Assembly (NCBI RefSeq): GCF_009914755.1
Contig: NC_060931.1
DNA: 64,000 bases
Source of the DNA: the human T2T-CHM13v2.0 reference genome, Homo sapiens
Reading direction: 5' to 3' (one strand)
In this document: in pieces, positions 26,860 to 40,215 of the stretch
Layout: every line of letters begins with the position of its first letter
Numbering within the stretch: position 1 is the first letter of the stretch
Position numbers and translations under genes: made by a program
Notes under the pieces: generated by a model
The model's database searches: none
The model's input: only the letters and a program-made list of their open reading frames with translations
What the model was told of the DNA's origin: nothing

Positions 26860-27931
26860 CCCTTTGCTTCAGTCTGACTCTCTACCTCTCCCCGCTTCTC
26901 TGAGGGTTTAAATAGATCATAGGCAGAAGTTAATTGGAGATAAAAGTTTACAGTTAAGCAGGCAGGTCATAGCACAATATCCATATAATCTAAAGTAACC
27001 AAGGCTCTCTCTCAGGATCATTGAAATGTACAAAGGTATTCTTCCAATGCATTTTTAAAACCTAGATAAATCGTGTGTCATATAAAATGCATTGTAAAAG
27101 GTTCCAATTGAGTCATTGGATTAAATGAACCTTTCAACACCTTCCAGAGGAAAAGAGATGATATTTGGTGTGATGGAGTATTCAATGCTTGGCTTCACAC
27201 TTACATGCTGCAGCAATCTTCCAGGAAGGCTTTACTTAGAAAGAGAAATAAAAAGAAATAAACCAGTGAACTCATGACTCTGTATTTGATATAAAGTACC
27301 TTTTTTTAAAATCAAAACTTCCAGAATATTCCCAGGAAGGAAAATGATATCTAAAGCTTCTACTTTCCTTTGACCCACTACTAAAAGGATACCTAATTCA
27401 TCCCTCCTCGCATCCAACCTTTAGTACTGCCCACTAAATGGCCGATTACTCATATGCTAAAAGCTGTCTGGATTTCTCTCTCTCCTTAAATAGCAAGTGT
27501 GGCATTTTGCTAATGTCACAATTAACAGGAAGCTGTAAGCCAGTCTCTGACCAGTGAACTAATACAGAAGAATAAGAACAGATGCAATCAACCTATTAAT
27601 CAGGGTTCAGCGTTCTTTATTCTTCAACTATTTTTATTCTGAACCTATGTTTTAGAAAACTATTTAAAAGATTCTATTAATTTGGAATCCATTTATTACA
27701 GATAGTCATCCTTAGAGATACTATTTTCACCTGAATAATATTGTACTGTTACCTTTATGGAGCATAATTAATGAGAGAAATGTTCTGATTATTCATTTCA
27801 CAAATTCCAAAGTCCACCTCTCTCATGCTCTTTCTTCCATCATCTCACTTTTAGACTTTCTGTCTCTCAGCCCGCCCACTGATTTGTCTGTGAGGTCCTC
27901 AGTTTGTTTTCCAATTTAAAGGTAACATTTT

Positions 27932-28227
27932 GGCCAGGCACAGTGGCTCGTACTTGTAATCCTAGCACTTTGGGAGGCCAAGGTGGGAGGTACACTGGAG
28001 GTCAGGAGTTCAAGAACAGCCTGGCCAACATGGCGAAACCCCGTCTCTACTAAAAATACAAAAATTAGCTGGGCATGGTGGTGGGTGCCTGTAATCCCAG
28101 CTACTCGGGAGGCTGAGGCAGGAGAATCACTTGAACCCGTGAGGCAGAGGTTGCAGTGAGACAAGATCATGCCACTCCACGTGAGCCTGAGTGACAGAGC
28201 AAGACTCTGTCTCCAAAAAAAAAAAAA
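27932..28227 (+). mobile_element. AluSx-type with 14-bp TSD
   Basis: aaaggtaa(c/t)atttt at 27918-27931 and 28228-28241; TT/AAA endonuclease site. Confidence 0.97.
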
Positions 28228-29589
28228 AAAGGTAATATTTTGTTCAGGAATTCTTGTTTGCTTATTCTCCATTGTATATCTTGTATTAAGATTATTTTTC
28301 TTAAAATTTAAAATATCTAGAATAGGGTCCTTGCTCCTACTAAAATGATGCTTTTGCTTGTTTCATTTTATACTATGGTTATTTTTCTTAGAATTTAAAG
28401 TATGTGAGGGTAGAGGATTTCCTTCTGCTGAAATGATGTTCTTGGATGATGATAACAAGCTAAAAGAAGGAAGAAATCAATTTTTTTAATGTGTTAAAAT
28501 GGTTATAAGAAACATGATCATTTATATCATAGCTTCTTGAAAACAAGCCATCATAGGCACTGATAAAATTAAAATTTATAAAAATTATTTTTTCCTCTTG
28601 GAGCCCTCCATTCAAATTTATATTGAGCAACTAACTGTCTTGTGCCTTATACACTGGCTTTAGCTCTCCCAGGCGGTCTTTCATTCCAGTCCCACTTGGA
28701 CAGAGTCCCAGATTTTCTTGCAGGCCTTGGAGGGGAAAGGGAAAGAGAAAATGAGCTGGGATTCTGGCATGGAGAGGGCTGCTGTGGCAGAGTAGGATGG
28801 CCCTGTAGCTGAGAGTGGCAGGATAATCCCCCTCAGCCAAGACCAACTGCCTCAGTGAGACATAAGATAGGCTTAAATCAGACCGCAGGGTCTTAATGAA
28901 ACTGGAAAAGGACAGGCCATGAATCCTACCAGCTGCCAAGTTTAACAGCAGTTGCCAGTCCAATGACCAGAAACAGGCTCAGTGGCACTTCCATGATGGC
29001 CTGTCCAGAGAGAAGCATAAGGATGGAAAATGTTAATCCCAGCCCTCTACTCCCTACTGTCAGGAGGATACAGAAAACATGCTTCATATACCCAGATGTC
29101 CCTGTGGGGAAGAAAAGACAGAGAACATCTAACCAAAAAAGACTGAGCTCTCTAGAGAGAAATAGATTACTTTACAAGAGAGAAATGAACTCAGTTTTTA
29201 TCACCACTCAGTAGGTGGGTGCTAATGAGAAAGATTAGATTGCTTACAGACAAAATAAAGATGCTGAATTTCTTCTGCAGATTTGTGTGAAGTGAGAGAA
29301 ATTTTGGAAGCCTCTGCCGTGTGTGGTATGTTTGTGTAGTGGGGATAGGTGGGAGGAGGGTTTGTCTCAAAATACAAAGAGGAAGTAGGAACATAGAAGG
29401 AAAAAATTAGAATTGGCACATGGAGGTTCTGGCAAGTAGTGACCAGCATTTCCACCTGCAACTTCCCCCCATTACACATGAACGCTGCCATCTATTAGAC
29501 AAAATGGAATGAAATAGGGCTAACTATGAATATAAGCAACAGAGTGTGCAGAAAAGTTACTATTGACATTGTGTTGGGACTCATGGAAA

Positions 29590-29830
29590 ACTCTATTGAA
29601 GATAGAGATGTCTTTGAGATGCAGCCTGAAAGGCAAGTAGAATTTCAAAAGGAGATTGTGCAAGAGCTCAGAAGCAGGGGAATACACATATGCAAAACCA
29701 AAATGTCCAGTTTTTCTGGGGTTTAAAACCATGGAGGGAAGAAGCCAGGAGCAGGGGATGAAAAGGCAGGATGAGGCCAAGCTGGGAGTCAGGACAAAGA
29801 GTTTGCACTTCATTCTACAGGATATTGAGG
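29590..29830 (-). mobile_element. L2 fragment
   Basis: gatgtctttgagatgcagcctgaaagg...gagtttgcacttcattctacagg. Confidence 0.55.
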
Positions 29831-29934
29831 TCCACAAGTGGATTTTTTTTCACCTCACTCTTCTGCTGAAACTCCTCAATGACTCCTCTTAGACAACAAC
29901 TTAATATACCCTGGAATGTCATAGCATGTCCTGC

Positions 29935-30140
29935 CTGGTGTCCCATGAGAAAAAAAAAGAAGTTCCAGGTCATATAGGTTTGGAAAATGTCCTATATCAA
30001 ATTCTCCTTCATCAGATTCTTGGAGATTCACAATATGCATTTGCCTATTAAAAGCTTTAAGAAATCCTATAGTAAGGAAACCTGTTACCATTGTTTTCTT
30101 CATTTAACCCAGCATTTCCTGGACAAATGGATTATGAAAT
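29935..30140. mobile_element. hAT-Charlie fossil (MER113-like)
   Basis: ttcttggagattcacaat...tattaaaagctttaagaaatcctatagtaaggaaacctgtt...tttaacccagcatttcc. Confidence 0.6.
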
Positions 30141-31459
30141 AATTTTTTTTCTTTTTTTTTTTTTTACATTTACCATCATTAATATCCCTTAAAATTAGTT
30201 TTCCACTTTGTCTCAGAATACTTGGATTCTTTGCATGGGAGTTGAAATTCTTCATGATCTGGTCATCTTTGTGAAATGAACTTCTCCTTGAGCATTTTCT
30301 GAGCTGCTGTATTCCTCCAGACTCACTTTCTACCTTCTCTTTAGAAACGTCTTCATTTTCTAACCAGGGAAGTATTTGTTCCTTTTTTTTCTCTAATGAA
30401 CCTTTTATAGTATGTATTTATGATGATTGGTTTTCTTTACTGTTCTTTGAGCCTCTTGAGGATAGAATACATACCTTGTAAATTTCTTTATTTCTATTAT
30501 ATAAGACAGTGTCTAGCACATAGCAAGGATGCGATTTATATTAAATATATTAAACAAATGAATAATTCTACCTGGGTTCTACAGATAACTATGGTAGAGC
30601 TGTGGGAGATGAATTTGAGAAGACCGCGGAGGCAAGGAGACTTATGGGAACCTATTGCAGTTTTAAGAGAAGACTTAGGCCTGTACTGGCATAGTGGCAA
30701 TGGTGATCAAAAGAGAGGGGCTAAGATTTACTGAGCATCTGTTATAGGCCAGACACTAGAGAAGCTGCTGTAAGTCTTATCCTATTCTCACAAACACTTG
30801 TACTGGGCATGTCATGTAAGCTAGTGTTCAGCTACACTAGTCCTTTCTGATAAACCCCAGAGCACCTGCCTGTTACCAGCTCTCTTTTATTAAGTTCTCT
30901 GTGCATATATAACCATGCTTTGTCCTGTGTGGCCTCAGTACTTTAGCCACACTTGAGTGTATCGAGGATGAGCATCATCAGTCTCCAAGGCAGCCATCCA
31001 TAGGCTGGCCAGTGTCTGCAAGAGAGAGCACCAAGCTCTGTCCCAAAGACAGAATTGTATTTGGAGTAGTAATGAGATCTGACCCTGTCTTTCAGACAGC
31101 TGAAAAAGGAAACCCACAAAAAGGGTGCAGTGGGTAGTGGAAGCAGAAGAAAAATACATATAGAAAAGACAATAGAAGGAAGGCAATAGGAGAAGGAAGT
31201 TAGCAGGAGTCATAACATTAAGAGTAGAGGGAAGTTAGTTGGCATGGAATAGAAGGGAGCAGGTATAAGAAAAGCAGAGAGAGAGAAAGGGACTGTCACC
31301 ATTTAGGCAGAGCTGCTAGTGTAGGGAGTAACAAACTCTCATCTTTAAATGGAGGAGTTTTTGTCCTGCAGGGTCATCAGAGCCACACCTGCCCTGTTTT
31401 GAATCATGACCTATGACATCCTGGTCATCTGGGTGGTGACTGTTTTCTTTTCTTCCTGT

Positions 31460-32601
31460 TTATTTATATTTTTAAAATTGTAAATTTATAATTGTTAAAT
31501 GTATGGGGTCCGAGTGATATTATAATTTTTTAGTACAATATGTACAATAATTAAATCAAGCTAGTTAACATATCCATCACCGCAAATACTTAACAGTTTT
31601 TGTGATGAGAAGTTTAGAAATCTCTCTTAGCAATCTTGAAATGCACAACAGTCTATTAATAATTACATTCACCACACTGTGCGATAGAACTAAAATAAAT
31701 CATATTCCTCCCATCTGAGATTTTGTACCCTTTGACCATCATGTCCCCATTCCTCCCACAGCCTTGCCGCTCTAACCACCATTCTCCTCTCTGTTTCTAT
31801 GAGTTAGATTGTTTTTATTCCACATATAAATGAGAATATGAGGTGTTTGTCTTTCTGTGCTTGGCTTATTTCATTTAGCACAATGCTCTCCAATTCCATC
31901 TATTTTGTTGGAAATGACAGAATTTCTTTCTTTTTTAAGGCCAAATATATTATTCTATTGTGTAAGTATACCACATTTTCTTTATTCATTCACCCATTCA
32001 TTGATGGTCATCTAGGTTGATTCCATAATTTGGTTATTGTGAGTACTGCTGCAATGAACATGGGAGTGCAAACATCACTTCGACAAACTACTTTCAAATC
32101 TTTTGGTTAAATATCCAGAAGTGGCATTACTGGCTCATATGGTGATTTTATTTTTGGTTTTTTGAGAAACCTGCATACTGTTTTCCGTAATGACTGGACG
32201 AATTTACATTCCCACTAACAGTGTACAAGGGTTCGCTTTTCTTTATATCCTTGCCAACGCTTGTTATCTTTTGTCTTTTTGGTAATAGTCATTCTGACAG
32301 GTGTGAGACATATCTCATTGTAGTTTTAATTTGCATTTCCCTATTGATTGGCAATGTTGAACATTTTTTTCATATGTCTGTTGGCCATTTCTATGTCTTC
32401 CTTTGAGAAAGTCTATTTCAGTCCTTTGCCCATTTTTCAATTGGGTTTTTTTGGTTTGTTTTTATCCTATTGAGTTCATTGGGCCCCTTATATATTTTGG
32501 ATATTAACCCCTTATCAAATGTATGGCTTGCAAATATTTTTCTTCAATCCATAGGTTGTCTCTGCACACTGTTGTTTCCTTTGCTGTGCAGAACATTTTT
32601 C
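31460..32601 (-). mobile_element. L1MA-type 3' fragment (~1.1 kb)
   Basis: aatcaagctagttaacatatccatcac ... gctgcaatgaacatgggagtgca ... tttcctttgctgtgcagaa. Confidence 0.92.
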
Positions 32602-32684
32602 TATCATATGTAATATCTTGATAATATCCTGAGACAGCTAGAAATGTGCGTCTCTTCCTTGAGAGAGCCTAGCATGGCACTATT

Positions 32685-32830
32685 ATTTTTATTATAATTT
32701 TTAAGGTGAGGAAACCAAGGCTCCTTGAGACTAGGTGTTTTGCTCAAGCTCACAGAACTAGTAACCATGAGACTAGAGACAGAAGCTGAAGCCAGATTTG
32801 TTTGGCTCACAGCCAATATTGTATCTGATT
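32685..32830 (-). mobile_element. MIR fragment
   Basis: aggtgaggaaaccaaggctc...tgctcaagctcacagaactagtaa. Confidence 0.65.
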
Positions 32831-33653
32831 CAATATAAACTTTCACCAGCTGGGAAGCAGAGACTGGATTCAGAAAACACTGCAGAATTAGAATCCATGG
32901 TGCTTGGTGACCTAGTAGCTGTTTCATTTGCATATCATTAAACGAAGGTCTTATAATGTTTTTTCTTTTCTTCCATTTTTTTTTTAAAACTACCATTTGC
33001 ACTGCAGGAAGATGATGCAGAATCATGGACTTAAAGGGCTGTGATGCTGTTGAGTCCAGTTCTTCTTGTTCTTTAAAAAAAACTTCTGAATCACTTGTGA
33101 ATTTGCTTCAGCTTAACAGCAGAGACTTCTTAGATATAGTACCTGTTGAATTTTGGGACTCATGAAAAGAGAAGCTCTTCTGCTCTTCACTGGTCTAGGT
33201 AGGATAAGGAGGCAAAGCACCTGCCTGCACAGAATTCACAAAAACATTCCTCGTCTTTCATGATGGCAACACAGCATTCCTGTTGACAAGTCTTGGCCTA
33301 ATGCTGCTTCTGTCTTCAGGGAGGACCCCACTTCCTCTTCCTCTTTCCTTAGATTTCCAAGCAAATTGTATTAAGTCAGCCTCCACAAATTTAAAGACAG
33401 ATGAATGAGACAAAAGGTGGTCTGAAGTTTATCCTTTATAGGTATACAAAAAGAATTTTTTTGGGAAAAATCATAGTATGAAGAAGACTGGGGTGAACAT
33501 TGTGTCTTCTATAGATAATGCTGTGTGTGAGAAAATGTGGATGCATTCAGTGTCTGTTCTGCATTGCAAATGCCATGAAATCGGGGACTAGGTCTTTCTT
33601 GTTTGTCACTGCATTTCCAGCTCTAGTTTAGTGTCTGCCATGTAATAGCTACA

Positions 33654-34069
33654 TATTACAGACTGAATTGTGTCCTCATAAAATTCATGTGTTGAAGCCC
33701 TAACCTCCAATGTGATCTTATTTGGAGATAGGGCCTTTAAGGAGTTAACTAAGGTTAAGTGAGGTCAGAAGTGTGGGGCCCTAATCTGATAGGAGTAGTG
33801 CCCTTTTAAGAAGCAGAAGAGAGATCAGATCTCCCTCTCTCTCTCTCTCTCTCTCTCTATCCACACATGCACAAAAGAATGACCATGTGAGGATACAGCA
33901 ATAAGGCAGTGTCTATAAGCCAGGAAGAGAAGCCTCAACAGAAACCAACCCCAAAGCATCTTGATCTTGGACTTCTCCTAGCCTTCACAACTGTGAGAAA
34001 ATAAATTTCTGTTGTTTAAGCCACCCAGTCCGTGGTATTTTGTTATGGCAGCACTAACAGACTAATACA
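33654..34069 (+). mobile_element. MLT1A-type solo LTR with internal (CT)n
   Basis: tattacagactgaattgtgtcc ... gcactaacagactaataca; TSD ctaca / ctacc. Confidence 0.9.
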
Positions 34070-34177
34070 CTACCCCCTAAATCTTTGTAAAGGAACAAAG
34101 GAAAGAAGAAAGACAGGAAGGAGAAGAGATTTATCTTTTCTACTTACTGTATTGTGTGGTCTTGGGCAAATCACTGA

Positions 34178-34480
<303 letters not shown>

Positions 34481-35063
34481 AGATGCCTCTATTTCTTAAT
34501 GGACACAATGCAGATGAAAATAAGACCACCTTCTCAGGTTTTTAGGGAAGGGTAAATAGGAGAGTATATGTAGGCTACAAAATACTATTAAAATATTAGT
34601 TGCTCGCTTCAACAAAAGCACTCATTTGATGACTTCTTATTGTGAATTAGTGAAGACTTCTTGCTAGACTACGAGGTCCAGAAATAATCGTTCTTATTAT
34701 TAACTGCAGAAGTAATTAACACATATTTAAATCTGTATTTTAGGGAATAAAAAATATGATTGTCATTTTTCTTCAACTTCCGTAGCTGTTTCTTTCCAGG
34801 CTTTTCAGAAAATAGTGACATAAGATCATCTTATATTTATATTTCAGTTGCTTTGCATGAAAATTTGTGGAACTCTCCCAGGTTTTCTGTGTTAAATGTC
34901 ATCAACAATAAAGGTAATGCATGCCATTCCTTGCAATCTGGTATTGATGTCTTCCTTCTGTCCTGAATCCTTGTAAGAAATAAAAAAAAAAAAAAGATTT
35001 AAAAAATTGCCAAGAGGCACCAAGCGATCCATGAACTTTTAGGGAAGCTTTATGAAACAAGGT

Positions 35064-35380
35064 GTGGTGAATTTCAGTTATACAGGATGATTAAGTTGTA
35101 GAGATCTGCTGTACAACATGATACCTACAATGAACAATATTGTGCACTTCAAAATATGCTAAGACAATGGATCTTATGTTAAATTTTACCAACACACACA
35201 CACACACACACACACACACCTGCACACAAAAGAACACAATATCATTTTGGAGGTGACATATATGTTTAGTACCTTGATTGTGTGATGACATCACAGGTAT
35301 ATGTGTATGTCCAAACTAATTAAATTGTATACAATAAATATGTGCAATTTTTGTATATCAATTGCATCTCAACAAAGCTT
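35064..35380 (+). mobile_element. L1MB-type 3' end with (CA)n
   Basis: gagatctgctgtacaacatg...gtatatcaattgcatctcaacaaagc. Confidence 0.85.
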
Positions 35381-35400
35381 AAACAACAGCAAACCAAAAT

Positions 35401-35802
35401 GTGTTCTGTTGGAATCAGTTTGCACTGGCTTGTGAGAGCCAATTGTTACATTTTTATGAATTTTATGAGCCTAATATTAAGCACAACTATTATTAAAAGC
35501 TAAATGATATAAACTTACAATTAAAAAATTAAATTTAAAACACAGGTTATTACTCAGAACATATCATTTTCTAATTACTGCACTCCATTTCATGATTATT
35601 AGTAATCTTGGAGTTGTTTACATTTGCTATGTCTGCCCAAAGGGAATAAACCTAATGGTGGGAGGCTGCATAGCTCCTTCCAAATGGGTGTGCAGTGATG
35701 TTACCTTAGTAGCTTGAAACAGGATGGAAACTGGCAAACACTACAAACCTGAGCTTTCCTGTTCTCTCCACTGGAGACCTGTGGTTAAACATTTACCCAC
35801 AG
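35401..35802. mobile_element. MER63-type hAT-Blackjack element
   Basis: gagagccaattgtta...aaacttacaattaaa...gtagcttgaaa...gttaaacatttacc. Confidence 0.7.
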
Positions 35803-37449
35803 ATGACGGGGTCAACAAGCAGAAGTGGCTGCAAGTGGCCCTTCAAGGTGCTGTCAGGGTTGGTTTCTCATTCAGGATGGCCTGGAAAACAAACCAGCCA
35901 CGTCCTGGAAGAACCCTTTTCCCAGTGTGGGGTGGGAGTGAGGCTGTACCAAACATAACTTTCCATGGGACCAGGTACTTCTCTCCAGCAGGTGGATGGC
36001 AACATCTCATGTGCTCCAAAGTCTCCAGAAGCTGGGCAGTTGGTGTTTCCAGACAAACACTGTAAGGGCTGGCTCCCCAAAACAGAGTACCTGGGGCAAG
36101 CCGCCTGTGTACTTCCCAGTGACAAGGCTATTTTCTCAGTTGGCTCAATAAAGAAGACAGAATAACATGTTGCAAGGCCCATGGGAATGCAAATCCCAGC
36201 TGTGGGCCCAGCAGGGCCATGGCCTAAGTATGCATCCTTCTGATGTAAGGGCAGAAACGGTGGGACCCAGGACTTTCCTTTCCTTCTTGCTTCTCCTGCT
36301 TTCTCTTTTCCTTAACAAATACAAGAGCCATACCATGTAATACTGTGCTATGTGCCCTGAATTGTGGTATAGGTGAGATGAGACACAAGACCAGCAACAG
36401 AAAGAAAAAAAAAACAAAAACAAACGCTTACAAATCTGAAAGCTATGTTAACAAGACCTAGCCATCCACATAGCATCTATTTCATTTTTTGTATCGCATC
36501 CTGAGAATTTCTTGCTTATGACATTCAAAAATTTGTTTTTACCTCATATTATTATTAAAAGATGGTTTGCAAAAATACATACATTACATCATGTTGGAAT
36601 AAATTAAAAATAATTGGGGAATTTGGACAAAGGGAATATGTATAATAGAAGTAGAGGAATTCCAGAATATACAGATGCTAATTATGATATCATAGATCCT
36701 TGCAAGAGGTAGACAACAAGTTTTCTCTAGCAGCCATCATGAAGAAGAAAACACAACCATTATATTCACAGGGCCCTTAAGGCACCCACAAACAGACTGT
36801 TTAGGAAAAGTACAACTATTTCTGATTCTGCGACAATAGGACCATTTTTGATGTAGTGATTGACGTCCTCAATGACATCCTACAGTTAATATAACATTTA
36901 ATTTCATTGTGCTGTTTAGTATAATGGCTTGATGTAAGCTGATATTAATTTCCATTGTTATGCATTAATGAATTAACAAACAACTTAGCTAGATTTGGTT
37001 ATAAGTGTTATCTCTGTCAAGTTTTCCTTTCCTTATCCAAATTCTGCCTGACCCTCTTTTTTGTGTTCCATTGTTGTTTTGTGTCCTCATTTGGTATTTG
37101 CTGCAATAATCACTTTCTTATGACATTTATTATTAATTGCAGAAAATTCATGGTCTTTTGGTCTACACAATGATTGATGTTTAGATTCAAATTAATGAAA
37201 TTTATATCAATTGTATTAATAAGAAAACTTGATACAGCCAACATGTTTTACAAAATTTTTGACCCTAACAACTTATTACTTGGGAATGCCTTTTTAAAAT
37301 CCAAGGAACTGGTCTTGTAGTCTGCCATCTCTTGCTCTTATTTCTGTGTACCTTAGACTCTCTGAGGAGTCAGAGAAGATATATTCTTTTTGGCATGAAG
37401 AATAGCATCTAAATCAGGTCCAACATCACAGGATTCACTTTGGGCAGAG

Positions 37450-37690
37450 TATGGCAATTACTGTATTAAGTCTATGTGTCAGGCACCTTGCCATATGCTT
37501 TCTATATGTTGTTTCATTTAACTCTCACAGCACTGAAGGTACATATTTATTATCTCCATTTTACAGATAAAGAAGCTGAGGTTCAGAGAGGATAAATGAA
37601 CTACCTGATGTCGCCCAAGGAGGAGCACGTCAAGATTTTCACTAGGTTGTCTTTCATGCCAAAGTGTGTGCTTTGAACTCCAAGTTGCCA
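37450..37690 (-). mobile_element. MIR
   Basis: atctccattttacagataaagaagctgaggttcagagagg. Confidence 0.8.
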
Positions 37691-37931
37691 TGGTGTCAAA
37701 GGAGGGAACATTTGGGCTTTCCTATCAGCTTGCCCACATGGGGCAGTGGGAGAAGAAGTGATGGTACTTGAAAGCTGTCAACAGTCAAACATCAAAAATG
37801 GAGTCAAACTCTATTACAAACTTGCAGACCAGAGATGTCTCTTCATCAGTGCTCAGCCCAGCTACCCTCTAGGTTGGTCTTTCTGAGGTGGCTGAAATTC
37901 ATTAATAAAGTGGTGCTGAACCTCTATAGAA

Positions 37932-38170
37932 AATTGATTTCATATTTCTAGAAGAGTTTTAGGTTCACTGCATAATTGAATGAAAAGTACTGTACAAAGA
38001 GCTGCCATACACCCCAACATGCACAGCTCTCTGACTGTCAGCGTCCCCCACCGCAGTGGTACATTGGTTAAAACCGGTGAACCTACATTGACACATCATT
38101 ATCATCCAGGGTTCCTAGTTTACATTAGGGGTCATTCTCGGTGCTGTACATTCCAGGGGTTTGCAAAAAG
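37932..38170 (-). mobile_element. L1MC-type 3' end
   Basis: agttttaggttcactgca...gtggtacattggtta...tgaacctacattgacacatcattatca. Confidence 0.82.
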
Positions 38171-39732
38171 GCATCATGGTGATCCTGTGTGTTACTTTTT
38201 ACCATTTCACACATTTGCTCAGGCAGAGTTCTTTTGCAGACTGATGAAATCTCTGTAGGTTCAGAATCCAGTTTCAAGACACTTATTGCTATCAGTTCCC
38301 TTAGGAATGATGGCTTCTGGGGATTGACTTCAGGCTAACAAGGCACATGGACTGATGTATAAACAAGTGCCAACATTAATATTCAGTGGGAATTTTCTTT
38401 TCTTGTCACTAGAAAACCTTATCTCATGTAGCCCTTCCCATTACCAAGCTTTCCTGGAATCCAGGTTGCTAACCAAGAAATTGTGAGGCAAACATGAATA
38501 TATGAAATCATGGTAAAATAAACTGAGTAGGCTTGATGGATATTTCTTTTGAGTTATGGCAGAAATTAAAGAATTATGCCTGCTTTACCGGGGAGTATGT
38601 ATCTCTAGTGACTTTTATTATCTAGATTCCAGGTCTCTGGGTAAACTCTAACAAACGGTTATTTTTCAACACTGTTTTCTAAACTTCATACAGATTGCCA
38701 GGTCATTTTGTTAGCATTTATGAGTAAAATGTGGTCTTCCAGGTTATTCAAAGTCAAAGCTAAGGTTATAGTGACTTAGTCCCCTGAAGAGAGTTAGAGA
38801 CACACCAGTCTCCTGCACTACTCACTTCAAAGTGCCTGTTGTGAGTCACTTTTGGAGAAGGCTAATCACATCGTATGTTAATTAACTTCAGTTTTAGAGG
38901 ATGACTTTTCTGATTTTGTTTCCAACTTTTGGGAGTGACTCTCAGTCTTTGGAGCTTATTCTACACTGATTATTTAGGATCCGAAATGAAGGTGTCAAAT
39001 ATATGAAATACAAAAAAATCCCTTGACAAAATGGAAGTCTTATATAAATACAGCTAATTATAAAGACATAAATTCCATGGTTTCCCTCAAAATCCCTCTT
39101 GTACCAACCCCACCCCTGTCCCCAGCTTAGGTTGTTTATGACACTTTGGCAAAGTGAATTTCACCCTGGCTCAACTTCCATTGTATACCTATGTTACCAG
39201 GACAGTTTTATTCTCTTGGGTTCCTAAAACCAGGATCTGCCAAATTAAGTGTCACTTTCCATTGAGTATGGAACGTGAGCTGCTACCTTCAAAAAGACAC
39301 CATGAGAAGAAATTTTCCCAGATTTCTAAGTGACAAGGTTTTGGCTTATCAGTATTACATTAATAAATGCAATGTCTGAACAAAAGAATATAACTAAAAC
39401 AAAACAATTTATGATGTTAATTTACAATCAACATTCCTTTAGTTACAAAAGAATGAAACTAAGACAAAACAATGTAACCAATGACTGTGGATTTGGCTCC
39501 AAACTTTAGTGGGTTTCTCTCAAGCTATTCTTTAATAATGATAAATAGCAATTGTAAAATTAAAAAAAAAGAGAGACCTTAAAACTCACCTTCATCTCCT
39601 AGTTAAATTTCAGTTTGATACTTTAAAACTCATGCTTGATTCATGTCTCAAGATTATAAATATTCAGATGTCTTATATATTTTTTTGTACATAGCTGTTT
39701 AATGCAACAAAAAACATCCATCCTGCTGGAAG

Positions 39733-39974
39733 TCTCTTTTCTTTTCTTTTTTCTTTCCTTCCTTCCTTCCTTCCTTCATTCCTTCCTTTCTCCCTCCCTC
39801 CTTCCCTCCCTCTCTCTCTTTCTTTTTTCTTTCTTTCTTTCTCTCTTTCTTTCTTTCTCTCTCTCTCCTTCATTCCTTTCTTCCTTTCCCTTCTTTCTTC
39901 TTCCTTTCTTTCTCTCTTTTTCCTTCCTTCCTTCCTTCCTTCCTTCCTCCCTCTGTCCCTCCCTCCCTCTTTTT

Positions 39975-40018
<44 letters not shown>

Positions 40019-40215
40019 TCCTTCTTTCTTTCTTTCTTTCTTCCTCCTTCCTTTCTTTCTTTTTCTTTTTCTTTCTTTCTCTCTTTCTCTCTCTCTCTTT
40101 CTTTCTTCCTCCCTCCCTCCCTCCCCCTCTTCCTTCCTTCCTCTTTCCCTTCCCTTCTCTCCCCTCCTTTCCCCTCTCCTTCCTTCCTTCCCTGCTTCCT
40201 CTTTCTTCTTTTTTT
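39733..40215. repeat. 483-nt polypyrimidine compound microsatellite (CTTT/CCTT/CT)
   Basis: I count only 4 purines on the + strand across the tract. Confidence 0.98.

Noticed and set aside
34601-34610. TGCTCGCTTC matching the U6 snRNA 5' end
   Set aside because: The match stops after 10 nt; no tail or TSD.
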